Assembly (NCBI GenBank): GCA_965232155.1
Contig: OZ246948.1
Span: 908,829 to 972,828, forward strand
Source of the DNA: Thermodesulfobacteriota bacterium
GTDB lineage: Bacteria > Desulfobacterota_D > UBA1144 > Nemesobacterales > Nemesobacteraceae
Reading direction: 5' to 3'
Length of the DNA: 64,000 nt
A model generated the notes under the pieces. It did not search any database. It saw only the letters and a list, made by a program, of their open reading frames with translations, and had not been told where the DNA came from. Below, in pieces: positions 52,325 through 62,667 of this stretch; the first letter of the stretch is position 1; every line of letters begins with the position of its first letter. Both the position numbers and the translations under genes were made by a program.

Positions 52325-52760
52325 ATTCAGCAAGCACCTCCCTGCTCTGTATAAAGTTCTCAAACGCTCCGGTGCCGTTTTCCTTCTCCCAGATTTCCTG
52401 TGACCAGATCTCTATTTTTTTCAGCATGCCTACTAAAACGACTTCGGTTTCGATTGCGGCATATGAACGCAGCGACTGGGGGATCAGCACTCTTCCCTGG
52501 TTGTCCACCGGGCAGTCAACCGCGTTTCCCATGAGGTAGCGTATTGAAGATGTCACCTTGTTGTCGGTTATCGATATTTTGGAGAGCTTTTTTTCAAGTT
52601 CGTTCCATTCTCTCATGGGGTAGGCGATGAGGTAGCGGTCAAAGTTCGTAATTACGAATGTCTCGTCGGAATATTTCTTGCTGCAGACCTCCCTGAACTT
52701 TGAAGGGATACTGACCCTCCCGGTTTTGGTCATCGTGTGTTTGTATCTTCCTCTGAACAT
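52314..52760 (-). CDS. mraZ: Division/cell wall transcriptional regulator MraZ
   Basis: MFRG.Y, GRV.IP (twice), VG....IEIW; first gene of the dcw cluster. Confidence 0.95.
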   Translation of the reverse strand: MFRGRYKHTMTKTGRVSIPSKFREVCSKKYSDETFVITNFDRYLIAYPMREWNELEKKLSKISITDNKVTSSIRYLMGNAVDCPVDNQGRVLIPQSLRSYAAIETEVVLVGMLKKIEIWSQEIWEKENGTGAFENFIQSREVLAEYGL

Positions 52761-52764
52761 TTTA

Positions 52765-52811
52765 TGCTATCTTCTGCCATTATATGCCATAATATCGTCC
52801 TGTCATGCCAT
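52765..52811 (-). promoter_or_regulatory. Probable MraZ operator: ATGGCA-like direct repeats at 10-bp spacing
   Basis: Minus strand ATGGCA (52806-11), ATGGCA (52785-90), ATGGCA (52775-80), ATAGCA (52765-70), between a TATAAT (52819-24) and the mraZ ATG. Confidence 0.65.
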
Positions 52812-53062
52812 TCCATAAATTATAAAAAAACATGGAAAAAGTCAAGCAACATTTTGAAATAGTTAATATTTTCAGCGTGCGAGTGATAAAAACATAAGGT
52901 TAGATCTTGCTTTAATAATGGATCTTGCCGTAGTGAGATTTAAGAGAAAAATACTATCCGTTGGGTCCGCAATTCTACTTGTTCGCTTATTTTGTATATA
53001 CTCTCATCCGGAGACACGATGGTCTTACAAGTGAGATTGCATCTGGTTTTGCTTAAGAGAAA

Positions 53063-53332
53063 ATGTCTGTTTTTTTTATAAAACTTGCGGACAGGAGTTC
53101 CAATGTTCTTCTGCAGGCGATACTCGGCACCTACGGTCACCTGATGTGGGTGAGGACCGAGGTGCCGAAGGATATGATAGTAAAGGTGATTACCACTCCT
53201 GAACTCGTTTCGGAAACGCGGGGGGTACTGGAAGCACTCAGGGGGGAGATAGAGTTTGAGTTTGTTAGCCCTCCCCAAGAGATCGATTTGCCGGAGGACC
53301 GGAATTTTCATGAAAACAAGGGAAAACCATAA
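53063..53332 (+). CDS. Small hypothetical protein (DUF4911-like)
   Basis: 'LLQAIL..YGHL..VRT' pattern resembles DUF4911; overlaps the murJ start. Confidence 0.6.
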   Translation: MSVFFIKLADRSSNVLLQAILGTYGHLMWVRTEVPKDMIVKVITTPELVSETRGVLEALRGEIEFEFVSPPQEIDLPEDRNFHENKGKP

Positions 53333-54863
53333 GCGCACATGGGGGCTGGTGAGTTTTCTTACCCTGTTGAGCAGGATTGTCGGATACCTGCGGGACGTCG
53401 TGGTGGCGGCGCTTTTCGGGGCGGGTTTCCAGACAGACGCTTTCTACGTCGCGTTCCGTATCCCCAACCTCTTGCGTCGTCTTTTCGCCGAAGGTTCTCT
53501 GGCGGCGGTCTTCGTACCCATATTCTCGGAGTACCTTGAGTCGGGGGATAGGCGGGGGGCGAAGGAAGCCCTGCGTTCCGCGTTCACCGCGCTTTTCATC
53601 ATTCTCATTCTAGTTGTGACATTGGGGATAATTTTTTCCCCCTGGCTGGTGAAGCTCTTCGCCTATGGATTCGATCAGAAGACTTTCGATCTCGCAGTCT
53701 ATCTTAACAGGCTTATTTTCCCCTACGTGCTTTTTATATCTCTTACGGCTCTCGCAATGGGGGTTCTTAACTCCGTGCGGCATTTCTTCGCTCCGGCTTT
53801 CTCTCCGGTTCTTTTCAACCTGTGCATAATAGCAAGCGCCCTGTTTCTCTACAGGGAATTTGAAGTGCCTATAGCTTCTCTCTGCTTCGGGGTCCTTGGC
53901 GGAGGGGTGCTGCAGCTGCTTCTGCACCTGTTTTATCTTCGCAAAGAAAAGTTCATGTTCGGCTTTGCGAAAACCCTCGATCACCCCGCGGTCAGGAGGC
54001 TTGCCGTTTTGATGTTTCCTCAGCTTTTCGGAATAGCGGTCTACAACCTCAACATACTCGTAAACACCCAGTACGCGTCCTTTATGTCCGAGGGAACCGT
54101 CTCCTACCTTTATTTTGCGGAAAGGATAATAGAGTTTCCCCTGGGAGTGGTGGCAGTTTCCCTGGCGACCGTTACGCTTCCCGCGCTCTCAGGATACGCG
54201 GCGAGAGAGGATTACGGGGGTTTCGGCTCAGAATATCAGCGCTCTCTCAGGCGCATGCTGTTTATAATGGTGCCTGCAATGGTCGGAATAGTAGCTCTGC
54301 GGGTGCCCCTCTGCAATTTTCTTTATCAGCATGGCCAGTTTGATTACGTGGCGGTTATAAATACTTCCCAGGCCGTTCTTGGCTACGGACTCGGACTTTT
54401 CGCAGTGGGAGGAATTCGAATCACCGTGCCCGCCTTTTTCGCCCTTCAGGACACGAAGACGCCGGTCAAGGTGGCGTTTTTCTGCTTTCTGCTGAATGCG
54501 GTCTGTGGGTTCGTCCTGGGTTTCGTCTTCTCTCTTGACCACTTGGGTCTTGCGCTTGCGAGTTCAATCTCCTCGGTGGCGAACTTTGTTCTACTGGTCG
54601 TTTTGTTAAATGGCCGTCTTGGACATTTTCTCTCCCGCGACATCCTTTTCTTTTTACTCAGGATTCTTGCGATCGCGGTAATCATGGGTTTTGCGGTAAG
54701 TGCCGTCGCTGGTTTCTCTGCTTGGAGCGAAACCGGTTTTTCTGTTGACAAGGCGCTGGTTATGTGCGCCTCTGTGGGTTTAGGAGTTATACTCTACTTC
54801 CTGCTTGCCAGACTCGTCGGCATAAAGGAAGTGGAGATGTTTTCTTTTCTGAAAAGAAGTTAG
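53310..54863 (+). CDS. murJ: Lipid II flippase MurJ
   Basis: SRI.GY.RD, DAFYVAFRIPNLLRRLFAEG, EFPLG, DTKTP. Confidence 0.96.
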   Translation: MKTRENHKRTWGLVSFLTLLSRIVGYLRDVVVAALFGAGFQTDAFYVAFRIPNLLRRLFAEGSLAAVFVPIFSEYLESGDRRGAKEALRSAFTALFIILILVVTLGIIFSPWLVKLFAYGFDQKTFDLAVYLNRLIFPYVLFISLTALAMGVLNSVRHFFAPAFSPVLFNLCIIASALFLYREFEVPIASLCFGVLGGGVLQLLLHLFYLRKEKFMFGFAKTLDHPAVRRLAVLMFPQLFGIAVYNLNILVNTQYASFMSEGTVSYLYFAERIIEFPLGVVAVSLATVTLPALSGYAAREDYGGFGSEYQRSLRRMLFIMVPAMVGIVALRVPLCNFLYQHGQFDYVAVINTSQAVLGYGLGLFAVGGIRITVPAFFALQDTKTPVKVAFFCFLLNAVCGFVLGFVFSLDHLGLALASSISSVANFVLLVVLLNGRLGHFLSRDILFFLLRILAIAVIMGFAVSAVAGFSAWSETGFSVDKALVMCASVGLGVILYFLLARLVGIKEVEMFSFLKRS

Positions 54864-55022
54864 TTCCGGGTTGCGACGGCGTCTCGGTTGGTGTTGTCCG
54901 TTCCATTGCGTTGCGGTATTCTCGGTAAAGCGGTGCCGGTTTGATTTCTGCGTATAATATTGCTCAGAGTGGATTGAGAAAAGGCGTGGCGATTACCGAG
55001 ATTTGTAAAAATAACAAGACTT

Positions 55023-55634
55023 ATGGACGAGCTTAAGACTCTGAGTCACTGTGAGCTTGAAGCGCTCAGGGAAAAGTACGAGTATACCTTGAGGATGTTT
55101 CCCGATTCCGATTCGCTTCTTGCGCTGGCGGAAGTTCATCTCGCACTTGGACAGGTGACCAGGGCGAGACGCACGGTTTCCGATTTTACGGAGAAAAAAG
55201 GTGATAGCAGCCGGGCGAGACTTATTCTGGCCAAAGCTCATCTTATGTGCTGGAATGCCGCCTCCGCGGAGGAGGAACTCAAAAAAGCGCTTTCTCTGGA
55301 TCACCGGAACACGCAGGCATCAGACCTGTTGATACATATATACAAAAGCGCAGGTAGAACAGCCGAAGCCTTCAGGGTCGCCCTGTCGCCCGTTCCGGAT
55401 CCTTGGCGTCGGGAGGAGGATGCCGGGAAAGCCGAAGAGCCTTCCCCGGAACCGGAGGAGGAAAGCAAACCGCGGGCCGGGGTCTTCGAGACGGACACGA
55501 TGCTTAACCTCTATGTTTCCCAGGGACTTTACGAAGACGCTCTGGGAATAGTTGAAGTTCTCTGCGAGGCTGAACCTGACAATCTGGTTTACAGAAACAA
55601 ACGAGAAGAGATAATGGTTCTTCTCGGCAAATAG
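55023..55634 (+). CDS. TPR-containing hypothetical protein
   Basis: Helical TPR-like repeats (LA.VHL..G...A, LAKAHL....A...L.KAL.LD..N), C-terminal T.TM..LY..QG. Confidence 0.7.
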   Translation: MDELKTLSHCELEALREKYEYTLRMFPDSDSLLALAEVHLALGQVTRARRTVSDFTEKKGDSSRARLILAKAHLMCWNAASAEEELKKALSLDHRNTQASDLLIHIYKSAGRTAEAFRVALSPVPDPWRREEDAGKAEEPSPEPEEESKPRAGVFETDTMLNLYVSQGLYEDALGIVEVLCEAEPDNLVYRNKREEIMVLLGK

Positions 55635-55692
55635 AACCCCCGTTTGGTTTTTCTCAGCCTTTTAATTATCATTACTCCCGGTATTTTGTCCC

Positions 55693-56148
55693 ATGGAAAT
55701 ACTTGTCATCAACGGTCCGAATCTCAACATGCTGGGCAAGAGGGAACCTGAGATTTACGGAAGTCTTACCCTTTCTGAGATTGAATCTTTTCTTTCTTTG
55801 AAGACCGATTCCCTAGGCGGAGATGTCGGACTTTTCTTCTTTCAGTCGAATTCAGAAGGGGAAATAGTCACCGCCATACAGGATGCCTACGGGAAGTTCG
55901 ACGGAGTGATCATAAACCCCGGCGCCTATACCCATACAAGCGTGGCCATAAGGGACGCCATACTCTCAACCGGAATGCCTGTTGTGGAAGTTCATATTTC
56001 CAACATATACAAAAGGGAGGACTTCAGGCAGAAATCGTTTGTCTCGGGAGTATCGCTCGGTGTGGTGTCTGGCTTCGGGTCCCACAGTTATTACCTCGGG
56101 CTCTCGGGACTCGTTGAACATCTGAGGAAACAAAGCGTCTCTTCCTGA
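55693..56148 (+). CDS. aroQ: Type II 3-dehydroquinate dehydratase
   Basis: [36 protein letters not shown]. Confidence 0.97.
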   Translation: MEILVINGPNLNMLGKREPEIYGSLTLSEIESFLSLKTDSLGGDVGLFFFQSNSEGEIVTAIQDAYGKFDGVIINPGAYTHTSVAIRDAILSTGMPVVEVHISNIYKREDFRQKSFVSGVSLGVVSGFGSHSYYLGLSGLVEHLRKQSVSS

Positions 56149-56169
56149 ATTCCTCCCCGCGCAGTTCTT

Positions 56170-57876
56170 ATGAAGAAAACAAAATGGGTAGTAGCGAAAC
56201 CCGCCAAAGCGCCGGTTGAGAAGATTTCGGCGAAACTCGGCATCCTGCCGATGACTGCGGGACTTCTGGTAAACAGGGGAATAAATTCCGCTCAGGACGC
56301 CGAGGCGTTTCTTTCTGCATCCCTCTCGGACCTGCCTTCTCCCTTCCTGATGAAAGGCATGGAGGAGGCGGTGGCGCGCCTTTGCAGGTGCGTTTACGAA
56401 AAGGAAAAAATCGCCGTCTACGGAGACTACGATGTTGACGGTGTCACGGCGACCTCTCTTCTAACGGGTTTTCTGAGCGCCCTCGGCTGCGACGTTATCT
56501 ACTATATTCCCAACAGGTTCAAAGAGGGTTACGGAGTGAACTCCAAGGCTCTTCGCAACCTTAAGCAAAAGCAGGTAAACCTCGTAATTTCGGTTGACTG
56601 CGGAATCACGGCTGTGGATGAGGTGGCGCAGGCACGCACGCTGGGAATGGATTTCATAGTCACGGATCATCACAGCTTCCGTGACCGGCTGCCCGAGGCT
56701 GTCGCCGTTCTCAATCCCCGCCAGGCGGACTGCAGGTACCCGGGAAAAGAGGTTTCGGGCGTCGGAGTAGCGTTTAACCTTGCTCTCGCCCTTAGAAGAA
56801 CTCTGAGGGAGGAGGGATTCTTCGAGACTGTCGAGGAACCCAACATGGCGGATTTTCTTGATCTTGTTTCACTTGGGACGGTCTGTGACCGAGTGCCGGT
56901 GGGAAACGTGAACAGGATCATGCTGAGAGAAGGTCTTAAAAGAATGCGGAGTCCCAAGCGTCTGGGCCTGAGGGCCCTTAAGGAGGTAAGTGGCATAGGC
57001 GACGGCATAGAAGAGTTTGATCTCGGCTTTCGTCTCGGTCCCAGGATAAATGCGGCGGGGAGGATTGGTTCCGCGGACAAGGCGGTTGACCTCCTCCTCG
57101 CCGACAGCGAAGAGACCGCTTTGTTGCTCGCGGAATTTCTTGACGAACGTAACTCCGAGCGTCGCGGTATTAAAGAGGAAATACTGCATGATGCGACCCG
57201 GATGGTTGAGTCAGTGCCTGAGTACTCAAACAGCAATTCCCTCGTTCTCTCGTCTCGCGAATGGCACGGGGGAGTTGTGGGCATCGTGGCTTCATCCCTG
57301 GCCGAATCTTACGCAAAGCCCGCTTTTCTCATCTCGGTAGACAAAAACGGCGTGGGCAGAGGAAGTGGGAGATCTTTCGGAGGAGTCAACATATTTTCCG
57401 TTCTCTCAAAGTGCGAAGACCTTCTCGTTAATTTCGGCGGGCACGCCTACGCGGCAGGAGTAACAGTTCTTGAGGAAAAGATTGATCTTTTCAGGGAGCG
57501 GTTCTCGGAAGAACTTCAAAAAAGCGGTCAGAAGCCTGAAAACAAGCTTGATATAGACTCAGAGATCAGCCTTGCTTCCATAAGCGATACCCTTGTTTCT
57601 GAGATTGAAAGTCTCTCGCCTTTCGGAGAGGGAAATCCCGAGCCTCTTTTTCTCTCGAAGGACTTACATGTAGTGAGTCAGAACCTGCGTAAGGAACAGC
57701 ATCTTATGTTCAGAGTGAAAAAGGACGGCTTTGTGTTTAACTGCATCTGGTTTTACTCTCCCCGAAAACATCTTTCCGAAAAAATGGATCTGGTTTTTTC
57801 TCTGCGCTTTGATGTCCGAAATGGAGAGAAGGAATCCCGTCTTTTCATAAAGGACGCCAGAGAAACACATCTTTGA
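56170..57876 (+). CDS. recJ: ssDNA exonuclease RecJ
   Basis: GDYDVDG, VDCG, TDHH, GPRINAAGR, GGH..AAG, PFG.GNP. Confidence 0.97.
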   Translation: MKKTKWVVAKPAKAPVEKISAKLGILPMTAGLLVNRGINSAQDAEAFLSASLSDLPSPFLMKGMEEAVARLCRCVYEKEKIAVYGDYDVDGVTATSLLTGFLSALGCDVIYYIPNRFKEGYGVNSKALRNLKQKQVNLVISVDCGITAVDEVAQARTLGMDFIVTDHHSFRDRLPEAVAVLNPRQADCRYPGKEVSGVGVAFNLALALRRTLREEGFFETVEEPNMADFLDLVSLGTVCDRVPVGNVNRIMLREGLKRMRSPKRLGLRALKEVSGIGDGIEEFDLGFRLGPRINAAGRIGSADKAVDLLLADSEETALLLAEFLDERNSERRGIKEEILHDATRMVESVPEYSNSNSLVLSSREWHGGVVGIVASSLAESYAKPAFLISVDKNGVGRGSGRSFGGVNIFSVLSKCEDLLVNFGGHAYAAGVTVLEEKIDLFRERFSEELQKSGQKPENKLDIDSEISLASISDTLVSEIESLSPFGEGNPEPLFLSKDLHVVSQNLRKEQHLMFRVKKDGFVFNCIWFYSPRKHLSEKMDLVFSLRFDVRNGEKESRLFIKDARETHL

Positions 57877-57969
57877 ACCCGCTGAACCGCAACTTTCTTA
57901 TGGGTCTATGTTTTCGGATAACTGTTATTATAATGTTATGAGCACGTAGCGTGTAACGGAGGTATTGTT

Positions 57970-58857
57970 ATGAGAGTGAGGAGGCAGTTGCCCAAACTTA
58001 ATATTTTTTATCCGATAATTTTTATCCTGCTGTTTTTTCTGGTGACGGGGGTTTTCGTAATAGTGGAAAGCGGACATGTTGGAGTTGTGCGGACTCTCGG
58101 CGCCGTTCAGCCCAAGGCGCTTCCAGAGGGGTTCCATATGAAGAAGCCTTTCATGGACAAGGTTGAACAAATCGATATCCGTCTTACCGCGGCAACCGCA
58201 AAGGCCGTCTCCGCTTCCAAGGACCTTCAGACGGTGAAGACCCAGGTCACTCTTCAGTATTCCATTACGGGAGAACTCGCCCCGCTTATATTTCAGAAGA
58301 TAGGGAAAAGAAATACCGTTTCGCTTACGCTTATAGAGCCCGCGATACAGGAATCGGTAAAGGCCATTACGGCCAAGTACACCGCCGAGCAGCTGGTTAC
58401 CAAGAGGGCCGAGGTGAAGGTTGAGATACAGGATGCCATAAATAATTTCATATCAATTACCCTGGCCGAGAAGGAGATTTCTACCAGTGCCCTTAAAATA
58501 GCCAACGTCGCCATAACGGACTTTGATTTCTCGGATGAATTTAACAGGGCTATTGAACTCAAGGTAAAAGCGGAGCAGGAAGCTCTCCAGGCCAAAAATG
58601 AAAAGATAAGGAGGGTGACCCAGGCAGAAGCCGCTGCGGAGGAGAAGAAGCTAGCAGCGAGCGCCCATGCCTTCGAGATAGAGGTGGCGTCCAAGGCAAG
58701 AGCCGATGCGATTGAGAGGGAAGCGAAGGCGCTTCGGAACAATCCGCAGATCATTCAGTTGCGCCTGGCGGAGAAGTGGGACGGTGTTCTTCCCAAGTTC
58801 TCAGGCAGCGACACGGTGCCTTTGTTAAACGTGGATTCTCTTCTGAAAGAAGAATAA
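57970..58857 (+). CDS. SPFH/prohibitin family membrane protein
   Basis: N-terminal TM, GHVGVV, SKDLQ, F..AIE.K..AEQ.A, EKWDG.LP; GGAGG RBS. Confidence 0.92.
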   Translation: MRVRRQLPKLNIFYPIIFILLFFLVTGVFVIVESGHVGVVRTLGAVQPKALPEGFHMKKPFMDKVEQIDIRLTAATAKAVSASKDLQTVKTQVTLQYSITGELAPLIFQKIGKRNTVSLTLIEPAIQESVKAITAKYTAEQLVTKRAEVKVEIQDAINNFISITLAEKEISTSALKIANVAITDFDFSDEFNRAIELKVKAEQEALQAKNEKIRRVTQAEAAAEEKKLAASAHAFEIEVASKARADAIEREAKALRNNPQIIQLRLAEKWDGVLPKFSGSDTVPLLNVDSLLKEE

Positions 58858-58873
58858 TCCGGGGAGATACCAT

Positions 58874-59629
58874 ATGTATCCGGTACTCTTAGATCTCGGC
58901 GGAGGTCTGGTCATCTATTCGTATTCGGTGTTTCTCGCACTCGGATATCTGGTTGCCTACTGGGTGGTATCCGCGGAGGTAAGCCGCAGGAAAATGGACC
59001 CGACGCTTCCTTCCACCCTTCTGCTCGCGTGCTTTATCGCCGGACTTGTGGGAGCCAAGATCCTTTTTCTTTACCAGAACGCTACTTTGACCGAATTTCT
59101 CGCTAACCCGGTGCGCTACTTCATATCGGGGTACGCGTCGGTAGGGGGTCTGGTCGGGATATTCTGTGCTCTATGGATTGTTTCAAGCCTTAAAAAAACG
59201 GATTTCCAAGTACTTCTCGATATAGTATGCCCCGCACTCATCCTTGGCTACGGAGTCGGAAGGATAGGGTGTTTTCTAAACGGCTGCGACTATGGAACCG
59301 TGTGCTCCCTGCCTTGGGCGGTTTCTTTTTCCGAGAGAGTTGTCAATGTCCATCCTACTCAGCTCTACGACACCCTGTTTGTGGCCTTGCTTTTTGTGTT
59401 TCTCTGGAAAATCAGAACCCAGAACCATCCCACGGGTTATGTCTCAGCGGTAGGGTTCGCGATTCTCGGCACCCAGAGGTTTCTGATTGAATTTATAAGG
59501 GATACTACCCCGAGCTTCATAGAGGGTCTCTCCCAGGCGCAGCTTGCGGCTTTGTTGCTCGTAGGCGTATTTGGGATAAGGCTGTTTCAGCTCTCCGGCA
59601 GCGTTTTCGGAAAGCTGAAACAGATCTAG
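58874..59629 (+). CDS. lgt: Prolipoprotein diacylglyceryl transferase
   Basis: MYPVL, GRIGCFLNG, HPTQLY, RF.IEF.R. Confidence 0.9.
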   Translation: MYPVLLDLGGGLVIYSYSVFLALGYLVAYWVVSAEVSRRKMDPTLPSTLLLACFIAGLVGAKILFLYQNATLTEFLANPVRYFISGYASVGGLVGIFCALWIVSSLKKTDFQVLLDIVCPALILGYGVGRIGCFLNGCDYGTVCSLPWAVSFSERVVNVHPTQLYDTLFVALLFVFLWKIRTQNHPTGYVSAVGFAILGTQRFLIEFIRDTTPSFIEGLSQAQLAALLLVGVFGIRLFQLSGSVFGKLKQI

Positions 59630-59638
59630 TTTACTGCT

Positions 59639-60970
59639 ATGCGGAGAATTCTGATAATAGGTCTGGGGCAGGTTGGAAATTTCCTCTCAAAGGAGCTTTC
59701 CAAGAGCCAGGAGGTTGTTGTTATTGAGAAAGACGCCGAGCTCATAGCCAAGGCCAAGGAAACCCAGGACGTTTTGGCAATTGAGGGAACGGGGGACGAC
59801 CCCGCCGTCCTGAGACAGGCGGAGATAGAGAAGGCCGACGTAGTTCTTGCGGTTACCGGAGATGACAGAACGAATATACTCGCCTCGTTTATCGCCCACG
59901 CTTCAGGAGTCAAGAAGATCGTTGCCGCGGTAAAAAACGCGAAGTATGCCGAATACGAGGGAGTCATAGAAAACTCGAACATTTCTCTAATAAGTTCAAG
60001 CAGCATAATCTCGGAGAAGATAAGCGCGCTTATAAGCGCTCCTTTCGCGGGGAGGGTGGAGTTTTTCGCAAGCGGACAGATAGAGCTTCTCAAGCTCCGG
60101 GTGGATGAAGGGGTACCCGTAATAAACGAGAAGCTGAGAAATTTCGTCAGCAGCCCAAGGAACTGGACTTTCGTCGGGCTGCAGAGGGATCACAGGATAA
60201 CTATTCCGCGGGGAGATACGGAACTTCGCCCGGGAGATTTTGTATTCGCTCTTGGGATTCCTTCGGCACTTGAGAAGCTTAAGAAACTTTTCAACCTGAA
60301 AATCCAGAAGGTTCATTCCGTTATAATAGTCGGCGCGGGCAGTGTGGGGTGCGAAGTGGCTTCCGCACTTCACGCTAAGGGGCTTTCGGTGAGACTCATT
60401 GAAAGCGATCATGAGGAGGCCAGAGCTGCCGCCGAGGAACTTGTCGGAGTGATGGTGTTTGAAGGTGACGGAACCGATCTCGGGATACTTAAGGAGGCCG
60501 GAGTTGAAAAAAGCGATTACCTGCTTGCGCTTACCGGCGACGATGAAAATAATGTTCTCAGCGCGCTTCTTGCGAAAAACCTCGGCATTGATCGATGCAC
60601 TGTACTTTATTCCAATCCCGATTACGCGGAAGTGCTTGAAGCGATAGGTATCGACAGAGCAATAAGTGTAAACATGGCCGTGGCAAACGCCATTCTGAAC
60701 TCTCTTCATCTCGGCGGAGAGGCTAACGTATCGCTTCTTTACGAGGGAGCGGGAGAAATTCTCGAGTTTGATGTAACCGAGCATACGAAGATTCTAGGGG
60801 TGGCTCTTTCTGAGTGTAAAATGCCGCACGGCTCGGTCATAGGCGTCTGCATAAGGGACGGGAAGCCGATATTTCCCGGCGGGGATTTCGTAGCGCAGAT
60901 CGGGGACCGTTTGGTGGTCTTCTCCCTGCCGAGTGCTGCGCAAAAAGTTGAAGAGATACTGGTTTCGTGA
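59639..60970 (+). CDS. trkA: Trk potassium uptake gating subunit
   Basis: Two RCK-N (GxGxxG) and RCK-C domains. Confidence 0.94.
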   Translation: MRRILIIGLGQVGNFLSKELSKSQEVVVIEKDAELIAKAKETQDVLAIEGTGDDPAVLRQAEIEKADVVLAVTGDDRTNILASFIAHASGVKKIVAAVKNAKYAEYEGVIENSNISLISSSSIISEKISALISAPFAGRVEFFASGQIELLKLRVDEGVPVINEKLRNFVSSPRNWTFVGLQRDHRITIPRGDTELRPGDFVFALGIPSALEKLKKLFNLKIQKVHSVIIVGAGSVGCEVASALHAKGLSVRLIESDHEEARAAAEELVGVMVFEGDGTDLGILKEAGVEKSDYLLALTGDDENNVLSALLAKNLGIDRCTVLYSNPDYAEVLEAIGIDRAISVNMAVANAILNSLHLGGEANVSLLYEGAGEILEFDVTEHTKILGVALSECKMPHGSVIGVCIRDGKPIFPGGDFVAQIGDRLVVFSLPSAAQKVEEILVS

Positions 60971-62424
60971 ACGTTAGGTTCTGCTTTCAGGTCACGGGAA
61001 AATTCGTGACGTATCTCGGGCTGCTGATGCTCGTGCCAGCTGTCTGTACGCTGTTTTACCCGGAGGATGATCTTTCTGCCTTCCTGATCTCGGCGCTTAT
61101 AACATCATTTACGGGTCTTGCGCTTATGTTCATTTGCCGCATTCCCGAAACTCCGACCGAGATACGAAGAAGAGAAGGTTTTCTGATTGCGGCGCTTTGC
61201 TGGGTGTTTGCAAGCGTTTTCGGCGCCATTCCTTACTATGTTTACGGGGTGTTCGCCAGCCCGGTCGACGCACTTTTCGAATCGACCGCGGGTTTTACCA
61301 CCACCGGAGCCACCGCGCTTGCGTCTATTGAATGGCTTCCCAAGGGAATTCTTTTCTGGAGGAACTTTACTCAGTGGCTCGGCGGCATGGGAATAATAGT
61401 TCTGGGAATCGCGATTTTCCCCAGACTTTTTGTCGGCGGGGCGCAGCTGATGGGGCTCGAGACCACGGGACCGACGACTGAGAAGTTCGCTCCGAAAATA
61501 GCCGAGACGGCCAAGAAGCTCTGGATTGTATACATTGGCCTTACGGCCGTGCTGGCGGTGCTTCTCATTTTCGGCGGAATGAGCTTTTTCGACGCCCTGA
61601 CGCATTCTTTCAGCACCCTCTCAACCGGGGGGTTCTCCTGCAAGGATGCAAGCATAGGGGCTTATGACAGCGCCTACATACAGGGGCTGATTACGCTTTT
61701 CATGTTCCTAGGTGGAACCAGTTTCGTACTTCATTTCTACTTTTTTACCGGGAGGCCCGGGAAACTTCTTCGGAACTCCGAGTTTCGGTTCTATCTATTT
61801 TTCGTCATTGCCGCGACGATGTTTATTACTTTAGAACTCATCCAGACCGGTGTTTACGGAACCTTCTCCGAGTCCCTGCGCTACGCTTCTTTTCAGGTGG
61901 TTTCGATTATCACCACAACCGGGTTTACCACCACGGATTTTGACGCATGGCCGGCTTTTGTGAAATGGGTGATTTTCATGCTGATGTTTTTCGGTGCCTG
62001 CGCGGGGTCAACTTCCGGGTCGGTAAAGGCGCTGAGAATCATGGTGCTTTTCAAAAAAGCTTACAGGGAGATACAAAGACTCGTTTATCCGAACGTAGTC
62101 TCTCCCATAACCATAGAGGGAAAGAGCATAAACGAAAAGGCAGTCTCAAGCATAACGAGCTTCTTTATCCTTTACATTTTTCTTTGCGGTTTCATTGCTC
62201 TTTTGGTTCTTATGCTTGAGGACATATCCTTGGAATCTGCCGTCTCGGCCGCGGCTGCTTCTATAACCAACGTAGGACCCGCTTTTGACGAGGTCGGTCC
62301 GACAAGCCATTATTCCCACCTCGGATCGCTTACGAAAATCATTCTGTCGCTGGCCATGATCATAGGAAGGCTTGAACTCTACACGGTTCTGGTGCTTCTT
62401 ATGCCGTCTTTCTGGAAGAGATAG
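60967..62424 (+). CDS. trkH: Trk potassium uptake membrane subunit
   Basis: GFTTTGA, QWLGGMG, STGGF, TTTGF, GSTSG..K..R, NVGP, GRLE. Confidence 0.96.
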   Translation: MNVRFCFQVTGKFVTYLGLLMLVPAVCTLFYPEDDLSAFLISALITSFTGLALMFICRIPETPTEIRRREGFLIAALCWVFASVFGAIPYYVYGVFASPVDALFESTAGFTTTGATALASIEWLPKGILFWRNFTQWLGGMGIIVLGIAIFPRLFVGGAQLMGLETTGPTTEKFAPKIAETAKKLWIVYIGLTAVLAVLLIFGGMSFFDALTHSFSTLSTGGFSCKDASIGAYDSAYIQGLITLFMFLGGTSFVLHFYFFTGRPGKLLRNSEFRFYLFFVIAATMFITLELIQTGVYGTFSESLRYASFQVVSIITTTGFTTTDFDAWPAFVKWVIFMLMFFGACAGSTSGSVKALRIMVLFKKAYREIQRLVYPNVVSPITIEGKSINEKAVSSITSFFILYIFLCGFIALLVLMLEDISLESAVSAAAASITNVGPAFDEVGPTSHYSHLGSLTKIILSLAMIIGRLELYTVLVLLMPSFWKR

Positions 62425-62667
62425 AAAAAGCTGCCGACCGACTTAACAGCATAGTTTCTCAACTAGCAACCACACAGAGAATAAAGTTTTTATTAACCAA
62501 GAAAAATTTTTTCATTCAGTTCTAAACTTAGGTCAAGAATAGGCAAATTCCTTTTGAAAATTGGCAAAACTGAATGTAATCTAGTAACCATTAGATGCTA
62601 GTACTGCATTCTTTCCTTCCCCGCCTCCGGCGGGTATTTGTTTTTACGGTATCGGTTTTCGGAAAAC

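Noticed and set aside
57909-57940. dif-like sequence TTTTCGGATAA-CTGTTA-TTATAATGTTA
   Set aside because: Left arm and 6-bp spacer resemble dif, but the right arm does not match the conserved XerD arm TTATGTTAAAT; better explained as a TATAAT promoter for the SPFH gene
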